Source: Bradymonadia bacterium (GTDB lineage Bacteria; Myxococcota_A; Bradymonadia; UBA7976; UBA1532). From it: 64,000 bases of DNA. The notes beneath the pieces were generated by a model that saw nothing but the letters and a program-made list of their open reading frames with translations, had not been told where the DNA came from and did not search any database. Location of the stretch: positions 1 through 64,000 of the forward strand of contig JBKAGE010000042.1 of assembly GCA_046290225.1 (NCBI GenBank), in the 5' to 3' direction. Below, in pieces: positions 27,926 through 38,650 of the stretch. The stretch's first letter is position 1. Every line of letters begins with the position of its first letter. The translations under genes were made by a program, and so were the position numbers.

Positions 27926-30640
27926 ATGTCGAGTGAAGCCGATATCGCTCGGGGCATCCACGCCCGACAACGAGACTTCAAGAGATTCGACGCCGGCACG
28001 CCACAACGTCGCCGCTGGCTGCTCGAACATCGGGAAGACATCGTCGAGGACACCTCAGCCTGGTGTACCGACGAAGACGGCGGGTGGATGCGCCTGCGTA
28101 CGCAGCACGACGTCTTGCTGTACACCATGGATCACTTGGGGGCCCTTGCTCAGACCGGTGATGCCCCAGAGGCCGTCGACCTGCTCGGTCAGATCGCCGC
28201 AAAGCTCCCGCTCTTCGAAGGCAGGGCGCCCAGCAAAGACGTGGGTCGGGTGCTGTTCCAGACCATCAAGGGCATCGCTCACCCGTTCAACCCAGAGCAG
28301 CAGAAGCTGTTCCTCGAAGCGAGCGCCCGGGAAGCCATCTATGGATGGGGCAACCACCTGTGGCTCACCCTCGCGGCGCTGCCCTTGTCCCACGCGCAGT
28401 GGGCCACCCGCATCCAGAACACCACCTTCGACGACTTCGACAGCGCCGTGCCCTACCAGCGGTGGTTGCTCCAACACATCGTCGGCCCGGACGGGCTGGC
28501 CTTCGAAGAGGCGCTGGTGCCGCTGTACGCCAGCGTACGCAACAGCCAGCGTCAAGCCATGACCGAAGCCTGGGCGCAGCTCGACCGCGCGGGCACCCTC
28601 GCCCCCACTGGGGCTTTGCTCGCCCCTGCAGTGCGGCTGATCAGAGCTCTGCCTTTTGGCGCTCAAGGCACCCTCGCCGCCGGCCTCGCCGAGCACACTG
28701 CACCCGAGCAAATCGCGCCCGTTCTGGAGTGGCTGCTCAGAGAAGGTCACCCCAAGGCGTTGCCCGCTGTCATCGACGCCATCGCCCAGGTGGGCACCGC
28801 CGAGTGCGCGCCTGCGCTGAGCCAGATCGCCGACGCCGACTTCCGCACGGAGCTTCGGGCATCAGCCGCCAAAGCGCTGGATGCAGTAGCGGTCCGGGCA
28901 CCTCTACAGCTCGCCCCCGACATCAGCGCCTTGCTCGAAGGCCGAGGTGATCCGGGTGGACTGAGCTTCGAGGTGCGGCAGCGGGCAGAGTCGACGTGGC
29001 TCGCGCTGACCGAGGCCTCACCTGTCGACGCCGAGACGAGATCCCAGGTCGCCACCGATTTGATGCAGATCGTGGAGCGCTGGCAGCAACAGGGGGCGCC
29101 CTACCCGCCCCTCACCTATGTCTACACCCTCAACGCGGTGCTCGGGCACGAGGCCTTCGAGCCCTCTGAGCACACCCTCAGAGCCCAGCTCACCATCATC
29201 ACCTCGGATCTACCTGCAGAGGCACGGATCGACGCGCTGATCGGGCTGCGCACCCGAGCACTTCATGGTCAGGCGCGCCTCGACTCAGACCAGCGTGAGA
29301 TGCTCCTGAGAGAGCTCTCTGACCCAGATCGCCAGTGGACGACCCACCGCCGACATCAGCTGGCCACCCTCGCGTTGCCGGAGAGCCTCGAGCAGTGGCG
29401 CGCGTTGCACACGGAGCGCGCTCGGGATGACGCTCTGGCCCACTTCGAGCACAGCCACCTGTTGAGCCTGACCCCCACAGCGGAGCTGAGATCGGCCCTC
29501 GCCTTTGTCTACCAGCAGTGCACGCCCACCCAACGGCGGGGCTTGCTCAAGACCCTGACGCCCGAGCACGCCATCGCAGAGGCTCCTGGGTGGCTGCCGG
29601 TGTGGCTCGGCATTCTCGACGGTGGTGCCCCAGCCACTCGACAGGTTGTCGGGGACGCATTGATCCAAGTGCAGCAGCCTGGCACCGATGGCGCCATGCA
29701 AACCCTGATCGACGGCGAGACGGAGTTAGACAGCAAGGCCATCGCAGTGAGGGTGCTCGGCGCTGTGTTCGATCGCACCCAACTCCCATGGCTCTACGCC
29801 CTCGTCGATCGACAACCCCAGCTCAGGAAACCTGCTCAAGCGGCCATCGAACATGTTCAGGCACGACACCCTGTAGAGGGCGATCATGCTGGCCAGCTCG
29901 CGGTGGCCGAGCATCAGGCAGAGGCGGGCGCTCTTTCCGAAGCAGAGGCTCACCCCACCGCCTCGACGCAGACAACCGCTCATGGCCCCCAACGAGAGCG
30001 CTACACCCTGAGCCGGCCCGAGCTGCCTCCGATAGAGCGCCTGCCCGTGGCGCCTCGTAAGCTCCCACTGGGCCTCTGGCTCGCCTACCTCACCCTCGGC
30101 AACAACTGGTGGGGCATCCTCTGGGTGACCTTCCCGGGGATCTTTGCATGGGGCTTCGCCGCCGACGGCGCCATCAAGAAGAGCCAGCTCAACAGCGTAC
30201 TGTGGGGGGCCGCCTTCTTTCTGGCTGGCTGGCTTGTCATGCATGCCATGGGGCGTACATGGCACAGCCTCATTCACCTGAAGAACGGCACACCTGCCAC
30301 TGGCCGGCTCAAGTCGAAGAACACCAGGCGCACGGGTCGAGGCCAGAACGCATCGACCACGTGGTACTACACCCTCGAATACCTCACCGAAGCGGGCAAG
30401 GTGCACACCTTCACGTTGAGCTTTGGCGCCCCACGTCCTCAACTCGAGAGCCAGGGCGAGCCGATACTCTATACATCGACAGCGGACGGTACCCCTCGGG
30501 ATCAGCTGGCAGTCGACGCGCTGCGACTGATTGTGCTCACCCCCGACGGGCACCTGCGTACCCGCAAGCTGGCACTCTTCTGGACCGCTTCGGCCCTCCT
30601 GCCATGGGGGCTGATGATGGTGGAAATCCTCGGCCACTGA
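27926..30640 (+). CDS. Hypothetical HEAT-repeat-like protein with C-terminal TM helices
   Basis: Long ORF, helical repeats (AIAQVGTAECAPAL, AVRVLGAV), TM segments near the C-terminus. Confidence 0.65.
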   Translation: MSSEADIARGIHARQRDFKRFDAGTPQRRRWLLEHREDIVEDTSAWCTDEDGGWMRLRTQHDVLLYTMDHLGALAQTGDAPEAVDLLGQIAAKLPLFEGRAPSKDVGRVLFQTIKGIAHPFNPEQQKLFLEASAREAIYGWGNHLWLTLAALPLSHAQWATRIQNTTFDDFDSAVPYQRWLLQHIVGPDGLAFEEALVPLYASVRNSQRQAMTEAWAQLDRAGTLAPTGALLAPAVRLIRALPFGAQGTLAAGLAEHTAPEQIAPVLEWLLREGHPKALPAVIDAIAQVGTAECAPALSQIADADFRTELRASAAKALDAVAVRAPLQLAPDISALLEGRGDPGGLSFEVRQRAESTWLALTEASPVDAETRSQVATDLMQIVERWQQQGAPYPPLTYVYTLNAVLGHEAFEPSEHTLRAQLTIITSDLPAEARIDALIGLRTRALHGQARLDSDQREMLLRELSDPDRQWTTHRRHQLATLALPESLEQWRALHTERARDDALAHFEHSHLLSLTPTAELRSALAFVYQQCTPTQRRGLLKTLTPEHAIAEAPGWLPVWLGILDGGAPATRQVVGDALIQVQQPGTDGAMQTLIDGETELDSKAIAVRVLGAVFDRTQLPWLYALVDRQPQLRKPAQAAIEHVQARHPVEGDHAGQLAVAEHQAEAGALSEAEAHPTASTQTTAHGPQRERYTLSRPELPPIERLPVAPRKLPLGLWLAYLTLGNNWWGILWVTFPGIFAWGFAADGAIKKSQLNSVLWGAAFFLAGWLVMHAMGRTWHSLIHLKNGTPATGRLKSKNTRRTGRGQNASTTWYYTLEYLTEAGKVHTFTLSFGAPRPQLESQGEPILYTSTADGTPRDQLAVDALRLIVLTPDGHLRTRKLALFWTASALLPWGLMMVEILGH

Positions 30641-30845
30641 GACCCCAAAACAGGGCATTTAGAACGTCGAGGCCAATGAAGCGCTTTCATTGAACACCGG
30701 ATTCGATGATAAGCTTGCGACGAATGACCGCGAACGGTCATGAGGCCACACCTGTCTGGCCGCACCGTGCTGCCTGATCTCGCGCCGCATATACACAGCG
30801 GAGATCACAGCCCGAGATGCTGCTCAGGGAAAGGGGGTCAGACCC

Positions 30846-31232
30846 ATGCAGACGCTGCTCAATCAGCTTGCCCGCCGCCCCTCGCTGAAGGCGATCCTCA
30901 AAGCCCTCAGCACACACTGCGGCCACGAAGCCCGCCTGGTTGCCCACTGGCAACAGGGGCACCTGCACCACGACATGGTGTTTCACGTCACCCCCCCTCA
31001 CCCGGGGCTCCCCAGCGACATCCTCGTGGTGAGCACGGATGATCGCGGCATGGTGAAGGAGATGATGTCGCTGGCGAGCATGCCCAAGCGGCAGGCCCTC
31101 TGGCACGCCCGCTGCCCCAACGATCCCGACTTCGACGGCGATTTGCCCCAGGTGCTCGACGAGGTGAAGACGATGCACTGGGTCGACCCGAAGCGGATCA
31201 TCGACGCTACGCCGATCCCCCGAAAGGCGTGA
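30846..31232 (+). CDS. Hypothetical protein
   Basis: 128-aa ORF with host-like codon usage (HWQQGHLHHD.V, LVVSTD..G). Confidence 0.65.
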   Translation: MQTLLNQLARRPSLKAILKALSTHCGHEARLVAHWQQGHLHHDMVFHVTPPHPGLPSDILVVSTDDRGMVKEMMSLASMPKRQALWHARCPNDPDFDGDLPQVLDEVKTMHWVDPKRIIDATPIPRKA

Positions 31233-31332
31233 GCGTATCTGGAAGCGGACGACCGTTTTCTTGACCTACATGTAAACCAGGGTAACCATCCTCCTGACCA
31301 AGGCATACAACCAGCCCTTGCAGGAGGTGTTT

Positions 31333-32331
31333 ATGTGGATCGTGACCCATCGGCTCAAGAGCCCTGGCGAGTTCATGGATCGCTACCTGCCCGACGGCCC
31401 CGCCGGCGGGCTGTTCCTGCCGCAGAAGTTCGGGATGCGCGAGGGCCACGCAGTTTGCCTGGAGCTGCATTTGTCCTGGCTCGGCGAAGTGCACTTCGTT
31501 CAAGGCACCGTCGAGCAAGCCAACATGATCTTCGAAAACTGTGGGGAGAAGCGCAGCGGCGCCGTGGTGCGGTTCCAGCCCGAAGAGGCCGAGCACCGTG
31601 ATGCCCTCGTCGCTCAGGTGAAGGGATCCACTGGCGGCCTCAACGTCCGCGGTGACGATCGAGTGAGCTGTGATCTCGACGCCCACTTCTTCGGCGCCGA
31701 CGACACCCCCATGAGCGCTCGGGCCGTCGACCTGTCACCCACCGGTGTGCGTTTGATCACCCCCAAGCCTCTGTCCGTGGGCACGAGCGTGCACGTGCGC
31801 CTCGAGCATCGGGGCTTCAAGGCCATGATCCACCTGCGGGGTCGGGTGGCCCGGCTCGACTTCAGCGGCACCCAGGCCGCCATGGGCATCGAGTTCGAAC
31901 TCGCCAGCCGCGGTGAGCGTCAGCGCGCAGCCCGCTTCTTCGACCACCTCGAGGCCGCCTTCAACGTCGCCGAGCAGCAGGAGACCGTGGTGCGCCCCGC
32001 GGTGGTGCAGACCCGGGGCAGCGATCGGGCGCCGGTGGCCATGGGCGTGCGCTTCTCCACCGCCCAGACCCCCGAGCGGGGTGGCCAGGCCGTCGACCTT
32101 TCCATCACCGGCATGTTCATCCAGTCCGACCAGCTGCTCCCCGTGGGCAGTGAGTTGAAGGTGCTGCTCGAGTCGGCTCAGCCCGGTCGGTTCAGCCAGA
32201 TCACCGGCAAGGTGATTCGGTGGGCCAGCAAGGGGGATCGCGCCGGGGGCATGGCGGTGCAGTTCACCCCCATCACGCGGCAAGAGCGCAAGGTCATCCG
32301 TCAGGCCTGGGCCCGCCTCGCCCCCGCTTGA
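31333..32331 (+). CDS. Multi-PilZ domain protein
   Basis: RxxxR...DLSxTG motifs twice (RGDDR..DLSPTG, RGSDR..DLSITG); RBS AGGAGG. Confidence 0.88.
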   Translation: MWIVTHRLKSPGEFMDRYLPDGPAGGLFLPQKFGMREGHAVCLELHLSWLGEVHFVQGTVEQANMIFENCGEKRSGAVVRFQPEEAEHRDALVAQVKGSTGGLNVRGDDRVSCDLDAHFFGADDTPMSARAVDLSPTGVRLITPKPLSVGTSVHVRLEHRGFKAMIHLRGRVARLDFSGTQAAMGIEFELASRGERQRAARFFDHLEAAFNVAEQQETVVRPAVVQTRGSDRAPVAMGVRFSTAQTPERGGQAVDLSITGMFIQSDQLLPVGSELKVLLESAQPGRFSQITGKVIRWASKGDRAGGMAVQFTPITRQERKVIRQAWARLAPA

Positions 32332-33215
32332 GTGGTCGAGGACTGTGCGCTCACGCGGATCAGCCAGGCGCTCGACACCAGGATCAACACCCCACCGATG
32401 ATCGCCGTCCACGGCAACACCCTGTCGAAGGCGAAGAGATCGATGAGCACGGCCCACACTGGAGCCATGTAACCCGCCGCAGAGATCACCGCCGCCCGCT
32501 CCAACTTGTACGCCTGGGTCATGAGCAGCTGCCCGCCAGCGGCGGCGACTCCGGCGCCGATGAGCGGCCACCACGCGTGGCTGGGTGGCATCACCTCGAG
32601 GCCCGAGCCCACAGTGAGGGCCAGAGCGAGGACCGCCACCATCACCTGAAACCAGAAGACCACCGCCGGGGCGCGATCAGTGGCGCCGAGGGCTCGCAAG
32701 CACACGTGGGCCCCGGCGCCGAGAACACAACCCACGAGGGCCCACAACCCCGCCTGCAGCTGCAAGCCCCCGATCTCCACCTGAGGGCCGAGCAGGATGC
32801 CGCAGCCCACGAGGCCCACGGCCAAAGCCCCGTACAAAGCCGGGCCGAGGCGCTCTCCCGCCCCGAGGACCAGCGGGGCGAGGCCGGCGACGAAGATCGG
32901 CTGAAGACGCCAGATGAGAGACAGATCGGCCACGGCGATGCCCTTCGCCGCCGTGAACACACAGAACATGGCCCCAAAGCCCAGCAGCACCCGAAGCCCG
33001 AACACTCTCCGGTTGTGGAGCGCCAGGCCCCCTCTCCATGCCACAGCGCCGGCGATGGGCGCCGTGATCAACGCCCGCCACAGAATGACCTGAGAGGCCT
33101 CCATGTCGGCCCGCGCCACCTTGACGCAGGCCACCATCACCGTGAAGCCCAGTGCGGCGAAGATCATGTAGATCACCCCCAACCGGGGGGCGCTGAGGGC
33201 AGGGCGCGAGGTCAA
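32301..33215 (-). CDS. DMT/EamA-family transporter
   Basis: About ten TM helices in two repeats; GQLLMTQAY. Confidence 0.88.
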   Translation of the reverse strand: MTSRPALSAPRLGVIYMIFAALGFTVMVACVKVARADMEASQVILWRALITAPIAGAVAWRGGLALHNRRVFGLRVLLGFGAMFCVFTAAKGIAVADLSLIWRLQPIFVAGLAPLVLGAGERLGPALYGALAVGLVGCGILLGPQVEIGGLQLQAGLWALVGCVLGAGAHVCLRALGATDRAPAVVFWFQVMVAVLALALTVGSGLEVMPPSHAWWPLIGAGVAAAGGQLLMTQAYKLERAAVISAAGYMAPVWAVLIDLFAFDRVLPWTAIIGGVLILVSSAWLIRVSAQSSTTQAGARRAQA

Positions 33216-34087
33216 ACGGTGGCGCCTTCCAATGTGGCCCAGTGCTCCCCTGCGGCGAACCGGCCCCGGTCGTCGCGGGTGATGGTGGACATCGCCGCTT
33301 CGGGATCATGGGTGAAGAACAACCGCCCGCCCCGTTCGATCAGATCGGAGAGCACGGTGCGCTTCTCGTCGATGAGCATCTCGGGGAACCGGTCGTAGCC
33401 CATGGTGATGGGCAAGTGCACCCACGGGCGCCCGGGGATGAGATCACCACAGAACAACACCGGGCCGTCCTCTCCGGGGATCTCGGTGAGCATCTGCCCT
33501 GGGGTGTGACCGTGAGACCGGTGCAGACGATAGTCGTCGCCGAGCACCTGCGAGGTCTCACCGTCGACGATCTCCAGACGCCCAGTGGCTTCGAGCAACC
33601 CTGGTAGATCGGGGATGAACGACGCCCGATCTCGAGGGTGCGGGCGCTGTGCGCGATCCCAGGCCTCACGGCCCACCACGAAGCGCGCCTTGGGGAACAG
33701 CAGTCGGTGTGGGGTGTCGGGCGCCCACGCCTCGAGCAGCCCACCGGCGTGATCGAAGTGCAAGTGGCTGAGCACCACCACGTCGATGTCCGTGTGAGAG
33801 AAGCCAGCGGCCTCGAGGCTCTCGAGGAGCACATGGTGGGCCTCTTGCACCCCGAAGCGCTCACGATACTTGGGCTCGAAGAAGGCCCCGATGCCGGTCT
33901 CGAACAAGATCAGGCGTCCGTCGTCACCCTGCTCCTCGATCAACATCGCCCGGCACGCCAGAGGCACCCGATTCAACTCATCAGGGGGCAGCCACCGGGA
34001 CCACAGCGCCCTGGGGGCGTTGCCGAACATGGCGCCTCCATCAAGTTTCTGGCTGTTTCCGGCGATGGACCATATGCGACGCTTCAT
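33212..34087 (-). CDS. MBL-fold metallo-hydrolase
   Basis: [31 protein letters not shown]. Confidence 0.93.
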   Translation of the reverse strand: MKRRIWSIAGNSQKLDGGAMFGNAPRALWSRWLPPDELNRVPLACRAMLIEEQGDDGRLILFETGIGAFFEPKYRERFGVQEAHHVLLESLEAAGFSHTDIDVVVLSHLHFDHAGGLLEAWAPDTPHRLLFPKARFVVGREAWDRAQRPHPRDRASFIPDLPGLLEATGRLEIVDGETSQVLGDDYRLHRSHGHTPGQMLTEIPGEDGPVLFCGDLIPGRPWVHLPITMGYDRFPEMLIDEKRTVLSDLIERGGRLFFTHDPEAAMSTITRDDRGRFAAGEHWATLEGATV

Positions 34088-34175
34088 GGGCAGACGACCT
34101 CCTTGGTGTACGGTGCACTCGACGCCGCCAGTGGATATCATGCACCGGGCCAAAGCGACGAGCGGATGGGTGACG

Positions 34176-36413
34176 ATGACCGCACCAGCACACCGGATAT
34201 CTTCAAAGATGATGCTCATGGCACTGTGGATGCCCATGCTGTACTTCGGCTGCAGCGAATCCACGCCCAAGAGCACATCGAAGACACCGCCCTCATCAGC
34301 CAGTTCGAAGACGCTCGCGCAGGCTGACGCGACCACATCTCAGCGCACCACCGTGCCCACCCTCGGCGCCTCGTCGGCGGACCAAGCCAGGGCCAAAGGC
34401 CCTGCAGAGCAGGCCTTCGTACAGCCACCTGGGGTCGAGGATTGCGAGGACTGCCATCCCGAGATCGTGGAGTCGTATCTCACCACGGGCATGGGCCGAT
34501 CGATGTACGCCCCTTCCAAGGCGAAGATCATCGAAGACTTCAGCCCCAAGGCCGCCACCATTCGACACGAGCACACAGGGCTCGAGTACCAGGCCTACGT
34601 CGACGATGCTGGGCGGTGGTGGCAAACCGAGCGCCTGCCGGGCACGGACTACAGCCGCACCCTGGAGGTGGCCTATGTCGTGGGATCAGGCAACCACACC
34701 CGAAGCTATCTCGGCTGGGCCGGTGGCCAGATGGTCGAGCTGCCTCTCACCTGGTACGCCAAACGCCGCATCTGGGACATGAGCCCGGGTTATGAGAAGC
34801 CCAACACGCTGCGTTTCACTCGGTGGGTTCGACCCGAATGCCTGTTCTGTCACAACGACGCCGCCCCGGCGAAGCGGGGCGCCCCTGCGGACTATCTGGG
34901 CAAAATCCCCGAAGGCATCACCTGCACACGATGCCATGGCGACGGCACCCGGCACATCGCCGCCCGAGAAGCGGGCGAGGTGCCTCCAGAGGGCAAACCC
35001 GATCCGCACATCGTCAACCCCAAGCACCTGAGCGAATCTCATCAGCTGCAGATCTGCCAGCAGTGCCACCTGCAGGGGGCTGCCCGCGTCCTCACCAGCA
35101 AGAAGGCCCTGCACGAGTACACCCCGGAGACCCCTCTCGAAGACTTCATGTCGATCTTCGAGGAAGCCCAGGCCGGCGGCAGCGCCTTCAGCATCGCCAG
35201 CCACGGTCACCGCCTGTCGTTGAGCGCCTGCGCTCAAGGGAGCGCTCAGGGTGACAAGCGCCTGGTCTGCACCACCTGCCATGATCCGCACCGCCCCTCG
35301 AACACCGCCAGCCACCGGGCGGCGTGCTTGAGCTGCCATACACCCAAAGACTGTGGCGAAGCGCACACCGCGGCTGATCCCGAAGCGAGCTGTGCGGGCT
35401 GTCACATGCGCAAGGGCGGCACCAGCGACATCCCTCACGTGAACTTCACCGATCACTTCATCCGCAAGAAGCCCTCTGCCGACGAGGCGCCGCCACAGTC
35501 CGACGGCACCCTCGCCGACGTCACCTCGGCCGACAAACGCGGCGAGAAGAACCCCCTCATCCTGGGGCTGGCCTACAGCCAACGCTGGCGACTGTTCGGT
35601 GAGCGCGACAAACGCCATCGGGCCCGCATGCTGTTGCTCGAAGCCGACAAAAAAGGGGAGGTCAACTTCGAGGGCCTGCACATGCTCGCCCTCACCAACT
35701 TCCCCAGCACCCCCTACTTCGAGCGGATGGATGCTCTTGAGGCCCAAGCGCGCTCTCCACATCCGTTCTGGCGCCTCGACTGGGCCGATCGACTCTTCAA
35801 GAGCGGAGACACGGAGCGCGCTCTGAAGGTGATGCAGCCCGGGCTGCAATACCCAAGCGTCACCGCCTTCGCCTGGCGCCGCTATGGCGACATGCTCAGC
35901 CGGCTTCAACGCTTCGACGAGGCTGATCAAGCCTACGAGAAAGCAGAGCAGATCGACCCCTACGAGAAGCTGCTCGCTCAGAACAGGGCCACCAACGCCA
36001 TGTCAGCGGGTCGAGTAGAAGAGGCGGAGAAGTGGCTCCGGCGCGCTGCAGAGCGCGACGGCCTGAACATCGACGTCAGGAGCTACCTCGGCGAGTTGCT
36101 GATCCAAAAAGAAGACCCGCAGCAACTGCTGAAACTCGCGCAGGAGATCAAGGCCGCACAAGCACAGGATCCACGCTGGCAGATTTTGCAGGCAGAGGGG
36201 CTGCGCCAGAAGGGAGACACCCAGGGCGCAATCAAGACCCTGGACAACATGCATCCGCAGCTGCGCAACGGGCGCTACTGGCTGGCCCGAGGTCGCACCC
36301 TCCGCGATGCCGGCGACATCAAGGCCGCCCGCGAGGCCGCCCAGCTGGGCATGCGTTTCGAGCCCGGCAACCCGGCGCTCATGCAACTGCAACAGAGCCT
36401 CTCGGGTCGCTGA
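34176..36413 (+). CDS. Multiheme c-type cytochrome with C-terminal TPR repeats (probable lipoprotein)
   Basis: Seven CxxCH motifs (CEDCH, CLFCH, CTRCH, CQQCH, CTTCH, CLSCH, CAGCH), FTDHFI, TPR-like helices; lipobox-like YFGC. Start uncertain. Confidence 0.88.
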   Translation: MTAPAHRISSKMMLMALWMPMLYFGCSESTPKSTSKTPPSSASSKTLAQADATTSQRTTVPTLGASSADQARAKGPAEQAFVQPPGVEDCEDCHPEIVESYLTTGMGRSMYAPSKAKIIEDFSPKAATIRHEHTGLEYQAYVDDAGRWWQTERLPGTDYSRTLEVAYVVGSGNHTRSYLGWAGGQMVELPLTWYAKRRIWDMSPGYEKPNTLRFTRWVRPECLFCHNDAAPAKRGAPADYLGKIPEGITCTRCHGDGTRHIAAREAGEVPPEGKPDPHIVNPKHLSESHQLQICQQCHLQGAARVLTSKKALHEYTPETPLEDFMSIFEEAQAGGSAFSIASHGHRLSLSACAQGSAQGDKRLVCTTCHDPHRPSNTASHRAACLSCHTPKDCGEAHTAADPEASCAGCHMRKGGTSDIPHVNFTDHFIRKKPSADEAPPQSDGTLADVTSADKRGEKNPLILGLAYSQRWRLFGERDKRHRARMLLLEADKKGEVNFEGLHMLALTNFPSTPYFERMDALEAQARSPHPFWRLDWADRLFKSGDTERALKVMQPGLQYPSVTAFAWRRYGDMLSRLQRFDEADQAYEKAEQIDPYEKLLAQNRATNAMSAGRVEEAEKWLRRAAERDGLNIDVRSYLGELLIQKEDPQQLLKLAQEIKAAQAQDPRWQILQAEGLRQKGDTQGAIKTLDNMHPQLRNGRYWLARGRTLRDAGDIKAAREAAQLGMRFEPGNPALMQLQQSLSGR

Positions 36414-36423
36414 TCACATCGCT

Positions 36424-37014
36424 CTACTCTGCAGCGAAAGGCTCAGCGAGGACCTCTTCGAATGAGGAGCACTCGTATTGATCAGTGGGGGGGTTGTCGA
36501 CGAAATCGAGGCACTCATCGCTGTCAGCCACCTCGGGGAAAGCCTGCTCGATGCGTCGGGTGACCCGCATGCCAGTCTCCGTGGCCTCTAGAATGGACTC
36601 AGTCTGAGTCACAGTGCACGAGGTGCCAGAGCCGCCCGCAGCCGTGGCCACGGTCACCCAAGCATCACCACGCTTCTCGAAGAAGGTCTCCGAGAAGCCG
36701 AATTCGTCCTCGCCTCTCTCGATCGGGCACGGATCACTTGCGTCACACGCCTCGAGCGTCTTGACGCTCTGGCCGAAGAACGACTCGCTCTTCAGAGAAA
36801 AGAACGGCCCTTCGACGACATAAGGGTGGCCGAATGAATCGTACGCCTCTACAGCCTGGGGGGTGTCGCACCCATTGAGGCTCAACGTGTGGTTGGTCAC
36901 CTCGAACACACCGTTGAAGGCGTCCGGGCCGCTCTCTTCATCATCGCAGCCCGTCGTCATCAACATGGCCATCGCCGCGATGGCGGTGGGGATCAAGGTG
37001 TCACGCAGCTTCAT
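36424..37014 (-). CDS. Hypothetical lipoprotein (paralogue of the neighbouring gene)
   Basis: Lipobox TTGC; shares GVFEV..HTL...GCD and EEV.AEP with 37135-37755. Confidence 0.78.
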   Translation of the reverse strand: MKLRDTLIPTAIAAMAMLMTTGCDDEESGPDAFNGVFEVTNHTLSLNGCDTPQAVEAYDSFGHPYVVEGPFFSLKSESFFGQSVKTLEACDASDPCPIERGEDEFGFSETFFEKRGDAWVTVATAAGGSGTSCTVTQTESILEATETGMRVTRRIEQAFPEVADSDECLDFVDNPPTDQYECSSFEEVLAEPFAAE

Positions 37015-37134
37015 GTCATCTCCTCTGGGGTTGGATCCAGCGTCGTTTCGTGGCGCTGACGACGCACGACCACTGGTTTTATTCCCCAAAAACCGCGACA
37101 CCGATAGCCCATTCTGCTCCATGGAGCCCACGAC

Positions 37135-37755
37135 TCACTCTGTGGCGACAGGCTCAGCGAACACTTCCTCGGCAGCAATGCAGTTGAGCTGATCCACAGG
37201 CGGATTGTCCGCGATGGTGTAGCATGCATCGGCGTCTTCGACGTCTGGGAACATCTCCCCTACACGCTGGCTGATGCGAATGCCCGTGTCGGTGGGTTCG
37301 ATGATCGTCTCCGTATGCTGCACTTCACAGTCGAAAGCTGAGACAGCCTCTTCTCCAGCCTCGAGCCGGCTGCGCCTGTATCCAGAGCGTACAATGGTAG
37401 ACACCCACCCGTTTCCACGACGTTCGGTGAACACTCGTGAGTTGCTGAAATCATCATCACGGTTGTTCGATGAGCACGCATCGGCCGAGGGACAGTCCAT
37501 GAGAGCCTTTACGGTCACGCCAAACTCAGTCCTGGTGCTCAATGAAAAAAAGTCGGAGTACGTGATGTAATCGTACTCGCTCCGATCGAGCTCATATTCA
37601 TTGAAGGGCTGCAGCGCATCGCACCCGCTCGTGTCCAGGGTGTGGCTACTGACTTCGAAAACGCCACTCAACCCATCAGGTGATGCATCGTCGTCACCAC
37701 ACGCAGTGGCCATCAAGAGCACCAGGGAGGGCATCAATGCACGGTAGAAATTCAT
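37135..37755 (-). CDS. Hypothetical lipoprotein (paralogue of the neighbouring gene)
   Basis: Lipobox ATAC; same cysteine pattern as 36424-37014. Confidence 0.78.
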   Translation of the reverse strand: MNFYRALMPSLVLLMATACGDDDASPDGLSGVFEVSSHTLDTSGCDALQPFNEYELDRSEYDYITYSDFFSLSTRTEFGVTVKALMDCPSADACSSNNRDDDFSNSRVFTERRGNGWVSTIVRSGYRRSRLEAGEEAVSAFDCEVQHTETIIEPTDTGIRISQRVGEMFPDVEDADACYTIADNPPVDQLNCIAAEEVFAEPVATE

Positions 37756-37778
37756 GTCTTCGCCTCTTCTCGGCAGCG

Positions 37779-37794
37779 TGCGACCACGATGCCA
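37779..37794 (-). promoter_or_regulatory. Putative sigma54 promoter
   Basis: Minus strand TGGCAT-CGTGG-TCGCA (GG-N10-GC) about 25 bp upstream of the ATG at 37755. Confidence 0.5.
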
Positions 37795-37882
37795 GTCTTC
37801 ATGGTCAAGTGATCGGTGATTCGAGTCGTGCACCCGATTTCTGACATGACCCCTCTCCAAATGTGCACATGCCTGGCATTGA

Positions 37883-37945
37883 GAGGTCCTCACAAAACAG
37901 CTCCCCTCACCTTCCTGACTTGGTCCGCCGTTGTGTTGGGGCCTC
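37883..37945. mobile_element. Internally deleted 63-bp copy of MITE family A
   Basis: Ends GAGGTCCTCACAAAACAGCTCCC and GGTCCGCCGTTGTGTTGGGGCCTC match the 159-bp copies; flanked by TGA on both sides. Confidence 0.75.
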
Positions 37946-38537
37946 TGACGGCGACCTTTGTTTGGTAGCCCTCAACCTGCCCCCAAAGTTTTCTGTGAGA
38001 AAAAAACCAATAGAATTCAACGCTGTCATCAAAAAACGCTCACCATAGCTTGCATCAATACATACTCACTGTTAACGTTCGCACGTCCAGAGAGACACAC
38101 CTCACCTATAAGGTTGGTTTACCGTGCAGTTCGTCGCCCACCATATGTGCATACCTCACCCCGTGATGCCTGGATGTCCAGGCCATCACCCACAGGTGAA
38201 TTGTATGTTGGCCCGGCCTATGCCGGGGCAGCGCTGACGACACCGGTTGCGCCTTGCGCCCCGGGGTACCACCGGGGTTAAACCTTGAAAAAACAAACAC
38301 ATTCAAGGTCTACACATATCCCCCTAGAGATCCCGAAGACGCATGCCCGGTTTCACCGCGCTCCCCGATCTCGGACGCTGTTCGAGCGCAGGCCCGGTCA
38401 ACTCGACTGACCACCTGATCTCGAACCTGTCGTGAGGTGCGATGGGTGACGGCAGTCATCCATCGCATCAAGTGTATCGTTTCTGCCCATGGCAGAGGCA
38501 AGACACCGCAACTATAACCAATAGACACAACTATTTT

Positions 38538-38608
38538 GATGCGTTCCATCCGGCGATGGCGTGAGATTGCAACCCTCACTGTGCTGGGTTCGACCCCCAG
38601 ACGCATCT
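38538..38608 (+). tRNA. Non-canonical tRNA-Cys(GCA)-like gene
   Basis: Acceptor GATGCGT/ACGCATC, discriminator T, D-arm CCATC-CGGC-GATGG, anticodon loop TTGCAAC, T-arm CTGGG-TTCGACC-CCCAG; no encoded CCA. Confidence 0.72.
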
Positions 38609-38650
38609 CAATGCACAGCGCACACTGAAGCATGTGTGCTGAGGAGAGAC

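Noticed and set aside
38345..38412. Possible further tRNA-like element (GTTCGA and GGTCA..TGACC hairpins)
   Set aside because: No acceptor stem or cloverleaf could be assembled.
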